A stretch of 64,000 nucleotides of DNA. Origin: Lytechinus pictus. Taxonomy: Eukaryota. How positions within the stretch are numbered: the stretch's first letter is position 1; every line of letters begins with the position of its first letter. Positions 37,232-50,012 of this stretch are shown here, piece by piece. Where the stretch lies: contig NC_087251.1 of NCBI RefSeq assembly GCF_037042905.1, forward strand, positions 9,178,001 to 9,242,000. The letters run 5' to 3'. The notes beneath the pieces are model-generated. The model worked only from the letters and a program-made list of their open reading frames with translations, was not told the DNA's origin and searched no databases. The translations under genes were made by a program, and so were the position numbers.

Positions 37232-40200
37232 CAGTGCGTATCAATAAAAACGGGACAGATTTTGAAGTCTATAAAAAAAAAAATCAAATTATGATGTCTA
37301 TATTTTGGTGTTAATAGGTGCTCTGAAGTCTTATCTTTCAAATGCCATTTAAAAAATTTAGTTTCGTTCATGCTTGAGCGAAGACGGAATGTTTTTGTCT
37401 GGGGTTAAAAAGAAGGCTTGCGCCAAAATGGCATAAAATGATAAATATGATGATCGACTTCTTGCTAATCAGCAGACTTCCTCTTAACCTTTTCATTATC
37501 TTTGCCATAATTTTCAAATTATGCGGTCAAAATTCAATTTTAAATCTATTTATTTGCTTAAATTGTTCTGTTGTTTCTTTTTAATGTGTTCTCTTTTAGC
37601 TTTGAATATTCCTTCTTCAGGCAAAACAATTTTTTTTTCAACCGAAGTATGGGAGAGCGTGTATATTTTTTTTCAAATCCTTTCATTGTGTGCTACAAAT
37701 GTTATGGTGCCTTTTGGACAGTGCCATACAGATGGGCGGGGGCTCGGGGATGCTCCCCCCCCCCCCCTCAATAAAAAAAAAATCATGACCAAGAAAAAAG
37801 TGGAAAGGAAATAAAAGGAAAGATAGAAAGTAAAATATGATATTATTTTCTGAATATTATGTCAAAATCTATCACAAAATTTGATATTGTAATAAAAAAG
37901 TGGGAATATTTGCGTGCTCGCTTCGTTCGCTCACAATTTTTAAAATACATTTTACCCGATCTGCGGTATCTAGCTCCTTCAAAATTGACTCAATACACCA
38001 TTGCCATTGAAAGACATGAATCCCTTCCTTTTTGTCTTGTCAAGCATATTATAAAACTTGGTCAAGGAATCAATAACCCCTTGAAAATTGGATTTATGTC
38101 TTTTAAAGGTACCATAACATAATTTGTTTCACAATAAAAGGATTTGAATAATTACAAGTTTTCCCAATTATTATTTATTTATTTATTTTGTTTTATTTAT
38201 TTTATACTGCAGGGTAGGCCTGTTCAGTTCTTAAAACTGCTTTACAAAGGCGCCCTACAGTTTAAAATACATGTCAAGATAACTATGAACAACAACAACA
38301 AACAACATCAAAAATACAAAATATCTAACATCAGAAACAATTAACACCAAAATATAGAGTGGGAAGTGACAATTTAAACATACATAGCATTGTAAATCAA
38401 TGGAATATCATTTCGCTCTTTATCAATTCGTATGAAAGGCTTTGCATAATTTTTTAAAAACTAACAAGGAGGTACAAACTTGTAAATTTGAAGGAAGTGC
38501 ATTAAATAATTTGGGTCCGACATATCAGGGCCTGACCTTAACTTTTTTCTTAGGGAGCCTGCCGGGCTCCTCAAGCACTTTTTTATAGGGAGCCCTCAAG
38601 GGTTTTAAGGAGCCCAAGTTTATCACATTTATTTTTGTATAATACTGGTCATTTAACTATTTCAAAAATTAAAACGCACTATCACGATATGTTTTTTTTT
38701 TAATAATCATTAACACCAGGTCAGATTTTAAGTGTTTAAGTGTATTTTGATACCCCATCACCCTTACACACCAGTATACAACTTCACAAACACACTGGCT
38801 TTTTTTTTTAATGACCCCCCCCCTCCAAAATAGATAAATAAATAAACAAAAATGAATAAAATAAATAAACAAGATGAATAAATATATATAAAAATATAGG
38901 GAGAGAGTCTGATCTACTAATAATAAATTATGAAAGATCTAGAACTCTAAATTATTTGTTAAAAAATATTTTTTTCATGCTCAGAATCATGGGTGTGGGT
39001 TAGTGTGTGTTTGTGTGGGTGTGACTGTGAGGTGGACTTGGATATACAAGTATGTATAAGTAAAGGAAATTAATAATTATGTAATTTCTACTCCATAATG
39101 TCCTTTTTATATCAGTCCAAAACCACACAGGCTAAGTATGTCACATGTAGGCACATGTTTATGTACATGTACGTGTACCCTAACTTTTCCTGCAGTTCTT
39201 TGAAAATGCAGATCTCCACGGAAATTGCATTTCTCTATGAGGGAGTCTAAATTTGGTGAAAAAGTATTTATTAATAACTTAAATATACATCACAATGAAG
39301 AAATCATCCAACTTTATCGGTTGTTTTAAAAAAATTGACCTGAAATGTACACTCTATCTGAAACAGAAAATCACCATCATTGAGGCCTTTACTGACCTAA
39401 TCGTCCCCCAGAGCTCTGGCAGAGAGAGAGAGAGCTCAGACTTGCTCAAGTGTCAGTGCGTGCGTAATTAAATCCGGCGGCCCTTAAATCAGATGGTGCC
39501 TTAATTGTTTGATGATTTACTGTCTGATATTTACCCCTCCCTTAGAACACAATGAAACAAATGATTTTTCAGTTATAATTCACAACCGAGGTAAGTTATT
39601 TTGGATGTTAATAATAGGCTCCGTTTTGCGAGCAGAGCAGAAGTCTACACAGCGACAGACTCACCAATGCGAGGTTATAATTAGAATTCTGGGATTTATC
39701 TCATGTCCAATTCAAACTCCTATATCACAGAATCGTGTTATCCATAGGGAAAATGTGTGCATTAGAAATTACACACGGCGGTAATGATAATGGAACCGTT
39801 TTTGTGGCTGGTACTAGAAAAAAGTTAGGGAGCCCGCCGGGCTTTTTCAATTACTTTCTAAGGAGCCCGCAGAGGTTTTGTAGGGAGCCATTTGCCACCG
39901 GGCTCCCGCTAAAATCGAGCCCTGCATATGCGAAAGATTTTCTTTTATGTTCAATTCTAGCTTTGGGAAGCTGAAGGGGGCATCGTAAAGAAAACCGTGT
40001 CCTGTATTTCACGGGCCGTTTACATACTAAAGGTTTTAAATAATTTGGAACTAAATCATTCATTATTTTATATACAAGAACACAATACTGATATTTTATA
40101 TGCTGATCTACTGATTGCCACTTCAGTGACTGCAGCAAAGAAATTTGTGATGTATTATAATCTTTTTTCAAAAGCATTCTGGCATATTTATTTTGGCATA

Positions 40201-40666
40201 TTTATTTCGAAGTTTTTGTATCTTAATAATTAATAATGCAAATCTTCTTGCTTGGGTTGACAAAAAAAGTCTTCTTTTCTTATTAAGGAAAATTCAAAGG
40301 TAAAAGAAGTTTAAATGGGAAAAACAAAATAATTCGAGTAAATAAATAAATTTGTAAATAAATTTGACAGCATAATTCGAAAATGATGGCACAGATAATG
40401 AAAAGGTTATGAGGAAGTTTGCTGATTAGCAAGAAGTCTGATCATCATATTGCTCATATTCTGCCATTCTGGCGCAAGCCTCTTTTTGGTCCCCCGACAA
40501 AAACGTTCCGTGTTCGCTCAAGCATGAAAAAAATTTATTTTTTTAAATTGCATTTCGAAGATAAGATTTCAGAGCATCTATTAACATCAAAATATAGATA
40601 TCATAATTTGAAACAAATTTTGTATAGACTTTTCAAAACTGTCCCGTTTTTTTTATATACGCACTG
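37232..40666. mobile_element. Tc1/mariner-like non-autonomous element with long TIRs and nested insertions
   Basis: TA|CAGTGCGTAT...ATACGCACTG|TA with roughly 270-bp diverged TIRs. Contains a LINE 3' fragment (minus strand, ~38165-40200). Confidence 0.8.
38526..39924. mobile_element. CAGGG-ended element with 5-bp TSD (hAT5-like) splitting a LINE fragment
   Basis: TSD CATAT at 38521-25 and 39925-29. Removing it restores LINE reading ...SFAY|VGPKLF. GGAGCCC subterminal repeats. Confidence 0.75.
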
Positions 40667-41026
40667 TAGATTATCTTTAATTATTAAGATAATCTATTCC
40701 AAACCCATTGAATACTAAGCAATTCTCTTATCTGCATGTTTAAAGTGACATTGCTAATTACCTCTAGCTTTGAATAAATATCCCTTATCTTCTGCTTTCA
40801 AAGTGCAAGTATGTTTTTATGAAGTCATGTTCTGAAGAAAAAAATATATTGATAGCATACAAAATGAGGCTGTGTCCCTAGTAAGATTTTCATTTTTTGT
40901 GGAGAAAATTTCACCCATTTTAAATTGGTAAGCTTGCTGATTTGCTGCAAATTAATTTTTGTAATCAATTTGGCGTACAGGTTCATAAGAACTGATTGAA
41001 TATCTGAAATTCTTGCCATATTGGTG

Positions 41027-43446
41027 TTTTTGTCTCACCTGCATAGCAGAGTGAGACTATAGGCGCCGCTTTTCCGGCGGCGGCGGCGTCAACACCAAAT
41101 CTTAACCTGAGGTTAAGTTTTTGAAATGACAGCATAACTTAGAAAGTATATGGACCTAGTTCATGAAACTTGGCCATAAGGTTAATCAAGTATTACTGAA
41201 CATCCTGCCTGAGTTTCATGTCACATGACCAAGGTCAAAGGTCATTTAGGGTCAATGAACTTAGACCATGTTGGGGGAATCAACATCAAAATCTTAACCT
41301 AAGGTTAAGTTTTTGAAATGTCATCATAACTTAGAAAATATATGGACCTAGTTCATGAAACTTATACATAAGGTTAATCAAGTATCACTGAACATCCTGC
41401 ATGAGTTTCACATCACATGACCAAGGTCAAAGGTCATTTAGGGTCAATGAACTTTGGCCGAATTGGGGGTATCTGTTGAATTACCATCATAACTTTGAAA
41501 GTTTATGGATCTGATTCATGAAACTTGGACATAATAGTAATCAAGTATTACTGAACATCCTGTGCAAGTTTCAGGTCACATGATCAAGGTCAAAGGTCAT
41601 TTAGGGTCAATGAACTTTGGCCAAATTGGGGTATTTGTTGAATTACAGCCATAAATTTGAAAGTGTGTTGGTCTAGTTCATAAAACTTGGACATAATAGT
41701 AATCAAGTATCACTGAACATCCTGTGCGAGTTTCAGGTCACATGATCAAGGTCAAACAGGCGCGTAGCCAGGGGGGGGCGGTGGGGGCGGTCGCCCCCCA
41801 AAAAAAACGTCCCAAAAAAGAAAAAAAGGAAGGGGAAAAAGAGAGGAGAAAAGGAAAGCAAAGGGAGGAAGGGGAAGAAAGGTAGCTTTGTGGGTTTTTC
41901 TTTTCATTCTTTATTTTTCTCTCAAAAGAATTAGTACCTTAACGAAACTCCTTCACTCTCGCTCTAAATTTATATATATATGAATTTTGCTTCCGCGCTT
42001 TGCGCGGTCAAATGACAATATTGCAGTTCTCCTTTCCCTCACCCTTTCTTTAACCCTGTCTTTCCACCTCGGTTATAGGGCTAGTGCGTTCCTTGCTACT
42101 TAAAGTTAAAATGTATACATTAGGGCATGGAATTAGAGTAAGATTAGGCCGAATTATATGAGGTTGTCTTTTTTTTCTTCAAATTGATCACGCAACATTC
42201 CGCACTTCTGGTCGGGTCGGCTCCGGGCGGGTAAAATCTTTATATCAAATGTTGCCGTCACCCCCATATAGGCAACTTCTCCCGCTTTAGCTTGTTAATA
42301 AACATTCATAATTTTGGGGTAAACAGGTTCCTAATTGAAAAAGAGGAAGGTATAAAATTTGTGTCGTATTAAATAAAAAAGTACAATATTTTTATCAAAT
42401 TCGATGAAACTTCATGTCATTTCCCTGCACATTTCATCTCCTGTCTTGTTTTGCGCCCTCAGTTTGAAATTTTGAAAGACACTTAAGTTTCTTAATTGTT
42501 CAAATGCGAGCGCTTCAGGATGAGTCAAAGAAATTATTATTTTTATAATATAATTTCAATAAATCACAGAAGCTTCAACTTTTTGCGCTCTATTTTCCTT
42601 GTAATGAAGTTCAATAATCTTAGAAAATCAATAGAGCCGATGGGGGTATTGGAGATATCTGCATTTGACGTAACGTCCGCCCTTAGAAATTTCAGAGTTT
42701 CATTGCTCTGCGCGTGGAGGAATGTCTTCCTCCCGGCACCCTTCTTCTTCTCTGTTTTGCGAGTTAAAAATATGCACTGTCGCTAAATTGTTTGTAATCA
42801 AACTTTCCACGGGAATTCAATATACATGATATAACTAACTTGATACCCTTTTCCCGGGACCCTTTTCTTAAAAAACAATTGATAAAACGCTTTAGCTTCC
42901 GCGCTTCGCGCGGGGTAATTGTTATTTTAATTTCCTCCATTTATCCCTTTTAGTGCGTTCGAACATATCACAATCACTTTTGAAATCAATGTTCAAAATC
43001 AGAATATAGTCAACTGAATTAGAGCTGACGACAAGAGAGACGGCTCCTTTTCATTTTAATTTATGAAACACCGAAAGCTCCGCGCTTCGCGCGGGAGGGG
43101 AAAACTCCCCCTCCCTGCACCCACCCCCTAGGGAGCGCGCTTCGCGCGCTCTGTAAGTGTTGGCACGCTTCGCGTGCATTTACCGCCCCCTCCAAAATGA
43201 AATCCTGGCTACGCGGTTGAGGTCAAAGGTCATGTAAGGTCAAAGAACTTTGGCCACGTTGGGGGTATTTGTTGAATTGCCATCATATCTCTATAAGTGT
43301 ATTGGTCTAGTTCATAAAACGTGGAAATAAGAGTAACCAAGTATCACTGAACATCTTGTGCGAGTTATAGTAGTTTTCAAAATCAGCACTGCTGCTATAT
43401 TGAATCGCGTGATGCAGGTGAGACGGCCAGAGGCATTCCACTTGTT
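41027..43446 (+). mobile_element. Helentron-associated (HINE/DINE-1/pearl-like) element, copy 1
   Basis: Subterminal IR GTCTCACCTGCAT/ATGCAGGTGAGAC, a (GGC)n tract, ~160-190-bp core tandem repeats and T-rich flanks. Near-identical to 47405-48523. Confidence 0.75.
41757..43219. mobile_element. hAT-like element nested in HINE copy 1
   Basis: Ends CAGGCGCGTAGCCAGG...CCTGGCTACGCGGTTG. 8-bp TSD AGGTCAAA at 41749-56 and 43220-27. Confidence 0.85.
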
Positions 43447-43473
43447 ATGTTATTAATCTACTTTTGATTGTAG

Positions 43474-43600
43474 TATGCTCGTTATATGGAGAAGACAGGT
43501 CAGGAAGCTGCATCAGAAGTATTCAAGAGAGCATGTGGGACCCATCTACCATCTAAACCAGCTATTAACATTCAATGGGCAGCATTTGAAGAAAAATATG
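43474..43600 (+). CDS. PRPF39: PRPF39 coding exon 9
   Basis: YARYMEKTGQEAASEVFKRACGTHLPSKPAINIQWAAFEEKY. Phase 0/1. Confidence 0.95.
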
Positions 43601-43738
43601 GTGAGGCTATACATATTGCTTGTGAATTTTCTTCCTAATACAACACAAAACAGAATTTCAGTTGATAAAAAAATATAATAGGCTGGGTATCCTCTGTTTT
43701 CCCCTACCTGAATTCTGCCACGGACTGTTAGATTCTAA

Positions 43739-44042
43739 GGCCCGTATTCTGAAGTTAGGTTTAACTTAGACCACGCTCTAACTCTGTGCTAAAATTATTG
43801 GGAGCCAAAAATCAAAATATTCTGTTTTTATTGTATATTTCTTATGTTTACTATTTGGTTTCATTTTGCTTTCATAACAAAGAAAAACGGTTATCATTCC
43901 CAGACAATTATGAACAATTGGGTGTCGTATGAGTTAATAAATTGAATGTACTGTTAGGGAATCGTGCCCCAATTTGCTCTCCATAGTTCAACTACAACTT
44001 TAAAGCAGGGTTTAATGTAAACCTGAGTTCAGAATACGGGCC
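43739..44042. mobile_element. Harbinger-like MITE
   Basis: TIR GGCCCGTATTCTGAA; TAA TSD. Confidence 0.8.
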
Positions 44043-44258
44043 TAATAATGTAAGTTTATTACATCTTTTCATGCATATCAATCAGCGAGTACAATGAGAA
44101 CTGCTTGGGGAAACAAGATATTATTTTTTGTCATGTTCAGTATATTCAGAGAGAATTTCAGGGCGATAGACCTTGATTTACATGGTTTTAGGAAGAGGGG
44201 GTAGGGAGTAGACAATGTTCATCGTGTTCCTTCTGCATAATATTCTCCATCATTACAG

Positions 44259-44467
44259 GAAACATTGATCGCGCTAGAGAGATCCTTGAGCAGCTTCAAA
44301 CCAAGCAGCAAGACTCTGTCATGATCCGTTTAGAACGCATCAACTTTGAACGTAGAGCTGGCAATAATGATGAGGTCATTAAGCTCTACGAGGGTTGCAT
44401 TGATGATGCTAAAACAGCCACCGGACAGTCTTTCTTTGCAGGAAAGCTAGCAAGGTTTTATCAAAAG
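44259..44467 (+). CDS. PRPF39: PRPF39 coding exon 10
   Basis: GNIDRAREILEQ...MIRLERINFERRAGN...KLARFYQK. Phase 1/0. Confidence 0.95.
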
Positions 44468-45179
44468 GTTAGTATTGGATTATTTTATTGGTTTTACCCA
44501 ATCCAAAAGAAAACTAGATAAGAACCATGGAGACAGTATTCACTTTAGATTTAGCATCAAACCAAACTTTGCCACTGAAGACAATCCATCAGTGTGATGG
44601 ATAATTTTGCACTGGTCATGGGCCAAATCGTCCCTAGAATTCCCAAAATTGAATGCTTTGGGGTTATAATCTTTTCTAGAGTCACCCAAAGACTCTGGTG
44701 TCTTATTGAATAGGTAAACATTCTAGTGTTCACCTTTATTATTTTGAATGCCAAAAATATGTTGAGAGATTTCATATTTACTGTTTGGTCAATTGATTCT
44801 AACAATTTTATCTTGTGTTTATGTAGGGCCATTTGTGCTTTTACTGTCCAAATTTTTTGTATCAACAAATGATATTGAAATGATTTACAGAACACTAGGT
44901 AATACACAAAAGAATCTCTGATCAACTCTATCAAATATCACATGCATCATTATTAGGTAATACACAAAAGAATTGTTGATATTAACTATCAAACAAATTA
45001 CATGCATCACTGTTCTATTATTGTGATTTGCTTGTGTGTAATTTACCAATTAACTACTGTCATAGGCTTTACTAAGTATGATCAGAATATCACCTTAATC
45101 ATACTTCAATGCACTGAATGTGTGTTGATTATACATTAAATGTTTAAAGTGGGTTTGTTTGATTGTGTATTTTTTGTAG

Positions 45180-45239
45180 ATTCTAGGAGATACTGATACT
45201 GCCATCAAGGTGCTGGAGAAAGTCTTAGTTCAAAAACAG
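45180..45239 (+). CDS. PRPF39: PRPF39 coding exon 11
   Basis: ILGDTDTAIKVLEKVLVQKQ; 60 nt, phase 0/0, TAG/GT junctions. Confidence 0.85.
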
Positions 45240-46100
45240 GTGAAGTATTTCATTACCTTCCCCTGATGGTATTTGGGGTAAATATATGGAAAAGAGGAAT
45301 CAGAATGCATATAAAAGTAGAAGTGTGTTTGATTGAAAAACAATCCATTGCGGTTTATGTATCGTAATAAATATTCAAGCCTTTGATAAGAAGTGTCTGA
45401 GTGTTATTTTTTTTTGGGGGGGAGGGGTAACTTACAGTTTGTAAATTACTTGAATCAGAACCAAATCGCTTAATTTAATATATATTACTTTCTAGTTCAA
45501 GTTCTTGTGTGATAATGGAAACATTTAGAGTTCATTGTTTTGAAACAATATATTTTACAGTTTTCAAAGATTTAATGCCTTCATAAAGATGTTCCTAAAG
45601 TTCTGCTACCTTACAAAATGGCAGGAATATGAAGTGCAGAGATGCCAGGCCAAAGATTCTTTTTACATCCTAGCATTTCACGAAGTATGAAGCTATGTCA
45701 AGTAATTTGATTTATACTATCAAGATAATATGCTGCTCACTAAAAATGTATGTTTCAAAGTAATTATAATAATGAACATGATTATGTGCATACAATATTT
45801 AAGATTTCAGCTGATGTAATTGAAAGTGATTGAGAAACCTATTTGGATTTTCATATATAATGAAACATCCCCTGTAGGGCATTTCATAAAGCTGTGTGAA
45901 TAATTTTACGCACCGCTAACGACCTTGTTACTGAATTGAATTTAATGTAATTGTGCTAAATGATTTATCACTACATAGCACCTAAGAACATGTTCCATTC
46001 ATGCATTAAGTTGGCTTAACTTTATGAACAGCTTTATAAACACCACCCAGGTAAGGCTGAGGTCACTCTCATTACCAATGAATATTCTTGTACACTTCAG

Positions 46101-46294
46101 GTGAGTCCTGTACTGAAAGAGCAGATCTATACACTGATGATGGATGTGGAATATCAACGGTCACCACTCAATGAAGAGAAAATGACTGCCATCTTTGATA
46201 CGGTCATCTCAAGCAACGTACCTCAAGATGTCAAGATACAGTTTGCACAGCGCAAGATACAGTTTCTACAGGACTTTGGTAACAACCCTGCAGC
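46101..46294 (+). CDS. PRPF39: PRPF39 coding exon 12
   Basis: VSPVLKEQIYTLMMDVEY...FAQRKIQFLQDFGNNPA; donor GC|GTAAGT. Confidence 0.92.
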
Positions 46295-46642
46295 GTAAGT
46301 TGGTGTGACTTCCTTTTTAATATGCAAAGTTTCAATTAAAGTGAAAACATCAGTAGCGATGTGCTGTTTGTATAAGAGATATTGTTTTTTACATAAATTT
46401 CCTCCTTCAGAATAACACTATATTTGGAAAGTAAAAGGATTGCTGGGGAAGTTTAATCAAGTCAGTACATTTCTGGCTTGCAACCAGGAAATTAGATTGT
46501 ATATTCGATCTGAACAATATAAGACACAATATTATATAGGCAAGTAGGAGTTGGATGGATTGATATGCATTCTGTTGACTAGCATTGGTTCAAGTATTTT
46601 TTTTGGTATAACTTCAATGTTGATTTATATCTTTCATCGTAG

Positions 46643-46720
46643 AACCCATGATGCTGTAGATGAACATCAGAAGTTGGTCAAGAACATCTCATCTAGCAAG
46701 AAACGTTCAGCAGATTCCAG
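46643..46720 (+). CDS. PRPF39: PRPF39 coding exon 13
   Basis: THDAVDEHQKLVKNISSSKKRSADS. Phase 2/2. Confidence 0.9.
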
Positions 46721-47404
46721 GTAGGTGCAAGCTTTACGCCCCTCTATTAACACTAGTTTGGGAATGACCAAAAGTAGAAAAGTTATCTTATCAGTTTTTT
46801 TTTTTATATCACTTTATGAAAATTGGTGTGCTTTGTCTGGGACTGAGTCATGAGACTTTTCATAATTATCAGAAAAATGAATTTCATGATATCAGAGTAG
46901 AATTGGATTTTTATTATTTTGCGTCCGATTGCCTGTTTACCCAAACCATGCAATCACTCAGACACACAGAACAGCAGGTGTTCTAGTGATAGGACAGCGC
47001 GAATATTATTTATGCTGATTGCAGTTTTCTTTTCACAACAGGTCAGTAGTAATCAGCACAATGAAATGCAATTTGATCTGAATCATAAACTTACTGAAAA
47101 CAAAGATAATTGTGAAATTGCTTCTTGCTTGCTTATGATAAATCTTAATGGTGAAAATAAAATTGATTGCCATCATCTGATTATCAAGAGTTATGGGTTG
47201 CACGGTTTCATTCAGCAAAGTTTGTGAACAAAATGAGTGAAGCCTGCAAGCAGCTGCCGTGCAAACAGATGTAGGCTAGTTGGTTAGCAGCCACTTGCAG
47301 CCTATCCGGCTGAGGGTCAGCTTTATCCTGGGCATCTAATGTCAACCAAAAACACCCTAATGGAAGAAATGCAAAGAAATCTTTCTTAGCATAAGTGATG
47401 TTTG

Positions 47405-48523
47405 TTTTTGTCTCACCTGCATAGCAGAGTGAGACTATAGGCGCCGCTTTTCCGACGGCGGCGGCGGCGGCGACGGCGGCGGCGTCAACACCAAATCTTA
47501 ACCTGAGGTTAAGTTTTTGAAATGACAGCATAACTTAATATGTATATGGACCTAGTTCATGAAACTTGGCCATAAGGTTAATCAAGTATTACTGAACATC
47601 CTGCATGAGTTTCACGTCACATGACCAAGGTCAATGGTCATTTAGGGTCAATGAACTTAGACCATGTTGGGGGAATCAACATCAAAATCTTAACCTAAGG
47701 TTAAGTTTTTGAAATGTCATCATAACTTAGAAAATATATGGACCTAGTTCATGAAACTTATACATAAGGTTAATCAAGTATCACTGAACATCCTGCATGA
47801 GTTTCACGTCACATGACCAAGGTCAATGGTCATTTAGGGTCAATGAACTTTGGCCGAATTGGGGGTATCTGTAGATTTACCATCATAACTTTAAAAGTTT
47901 ATGGATCTGATTCATGAAACTTGGACATAATAGTAATCAAGTATTACTGAACATCCTGTGCAAGTTTCAGGTCACATGATCAAGGTCAAAGGTCATTTAG
48001 GGTCAATGAACTTTGGTCAAATTGGGGTATTTGTTGAATTACCGCCATAACTTTGAAAGTGTGTTGGTCTAGTTCATAAAACTTGGACATAAGAGTAATC
48101 AAGTATCACTGAACATCCTTTGCGCATTTTAGGTCACATGACCAAGGTCAAAGGTCAATGAACTTTGGCTTAATGGGGGTATCTGTTGAATTACCATCAT
48201 AACTTGGAAAGTTGATGGATCTTTCTCTTGAAACTTGGACATAAGAGTAATCAAGTATCACTGAACATCCTGTACGAGTTTCAGGTCACATGATCAAGGT
48301 CAAAGGTCATGTAAGGTCAATGAACTTTGGCCACGTTGGGGGTATTTGTTGAATTACCATCATATCTCTATAAGTGTATGGGTCTAGTTCATAAAACGTA
48401 GAAATAAGAGTAACCAAGTATCACTGAACATCTTGTGCGAGTTATAGTAGTTTTCAAAATCAGCACTGCTGCTATATTGAATCGCGTGATGCAGGTGAGA
48501 CGGCCAGAGGCATTCATCTTGTT
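47405..48523 (+). mobile_element. Helentron-associated (HINE-like) element, copy 2 (uninterrupted)
   Basis: Same ends and core repeats as 41027-43446. Confidence 0.75.
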
Positions 48524-48665
48524 AATATTATCAGTCTGCATTAAACTGAACACTTAACTGTCATGATTCTTTTATGTGATTCATCTAGTCAGCTTTGCAC
48601 AAGTTGAATCTATTGTTGCTGAGCTGCAACAAAACTTCTTGCATGGGTATAAATATATTAGACTA

Positions 48666-49005
48666 CAGGGTTCCCAGCCCATCAGGGTTATTTTACTTTT
48701 TTTCCAGTCAGGGAAAATCAGGGAATTTGATTTTTTTTAAATACCTCAAATGAGGGAAAAATCAGGAAATTTTGATCAGCCGAAAAGTCGAAAGCATTGT
48801 AGTCAGACTGTTATATTTTGTTGCGTATCAAATATAACATCCATTGAATGACTGGTTATGGTGGTACTAATACATAATTGTTTTTATACTAAAAATACAT
48901 GTAATTCACTGTAACAACTTAGAAAACATGAGAAACTGGGAATGGGTTTAAATTTTTAAACTTCATCAGGGAAAAATCGGGGAATTTTGTTTTCCCTCAA
49001 CCCTG
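48666..49005. mobile_element. hAT-like MITE
   Basis: CAGGGTT...AACCCTG ends with repeated TCAGGGAA subterminal motifs. Confidence 0.55.
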
Positions 49006-49153
49006 GACCTCCAATGTATCTTATCTTGTCCCAAACAAAATCTGTTGTAATACACATATAACATCGCATCATAATCATTGGGTTTCAAATTCAAATAAAT
49101 TTAGACAATGGAAATTAATGGAGAATTTCAATTCTGTTTATTTTATATTTAAG

Positions 49154-49367
49154 TGGGGATGCCCCTTCTACACCAAACACCACCAGCCAGACGTCGAATG
49201 ATACCAAGGCACCGGAGAAGAAGAAAGCTAAGACAACCAACAACCAGAATGATAACAATTCAAGTGGTTCAGGGTATAACTACAACAGTGGATATAACTA
49301 TAACCAGCAGTCTGGAGGAACAGCAACAACAACAACATCAGCAGCAGCAGCTAACACAGGAATGGGG
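49154..49367 (+). CDS. PRPF39: PRPF39 coding exon 14 (low-complexity tail)
   Basis: GDAPSTP...PEKKKAKT...GYNYNSGYNYNQQ...GMG. Phase 2/0; donor GTAAGG. Confidence 0.8.
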
Positions 49368-49958
49368 GTAAGGGACCATACCAATCACTTTATCACATTC
49401 TTTGTCTTAATAATCCACTGAAGGTTTAGTCATGATAAATATAACATAGTGAATAAATCAAATTTTCACTTTATTTTCATTTTTTTCTTTTAAAAAACCC
49501 CAAAACAACAGATATACATGAAATGTAGAAACAGAGTATTGTCACAACACGCAAAACATAATGCAGAACATATACTTATGACAAAGCTTCAGAGTATTGA
49601 TCGTACAATTTTGCCCAATTATATGTCTATGGCAATCAAAGAATAACAAGTTGAAATTTGCTGTAAATATTTATTGTATGTAACAGGACCAAGATGTACT
49701 TTTCCAAATGCATCTCTGTATTATGTTTTGAATTCCCCCCCCCCCCCTCGAAAAATAAAAAGTAAATAAATAGAATAAAATAAAGTAAAGTAAAATAAAA
49801 GGGTGTGTTTTACACTAAACACCATTACGATTGCATGTTTTGTTTTTGGCTTCACAACAAAGTAGAAATCATCACTGGCACTGTCTTCAAAAATATCTTT
49901 TTACATTTACTATGGGATTAAATGTTCTTTATGAAACATTTTGCCCTTTCTTCCACAG

Positions 49959-50012
49959 GGAGCTGAAATGAGCTGGGATAGCTGGGGTGCCTGGGGTGCT
50001 GCCCAACAATAA
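49959..50012 (+). CDS. PRPF39: PRPF39 last coding exon
   Basis: Strong acceptor TTTCTTCCACAG, then GAEMSWDSWGAWGAAQQ and stop TAA at 50010-12. Confidence 0.72.
   Translation, partial: GAEMSWDSWGAWGAAQQ

Noticed and set aside
29144..49153. Intronic C/D snoRNA (vertebrate PRPF39 hosts one)
   Set aside because: I found no convincing RTGATGA...CTGA pair with a terminal stem and rRNA guide by eye. A snoscan/Infernal run would be needed to exclude it.
49153..49371. Poly-Q ORF from the track
   Set aside because: It is an alternative frame of exon 14. The splice phase selects the frame giving PEKKKAKT/YNY, which resembles the PRPF39 tail.
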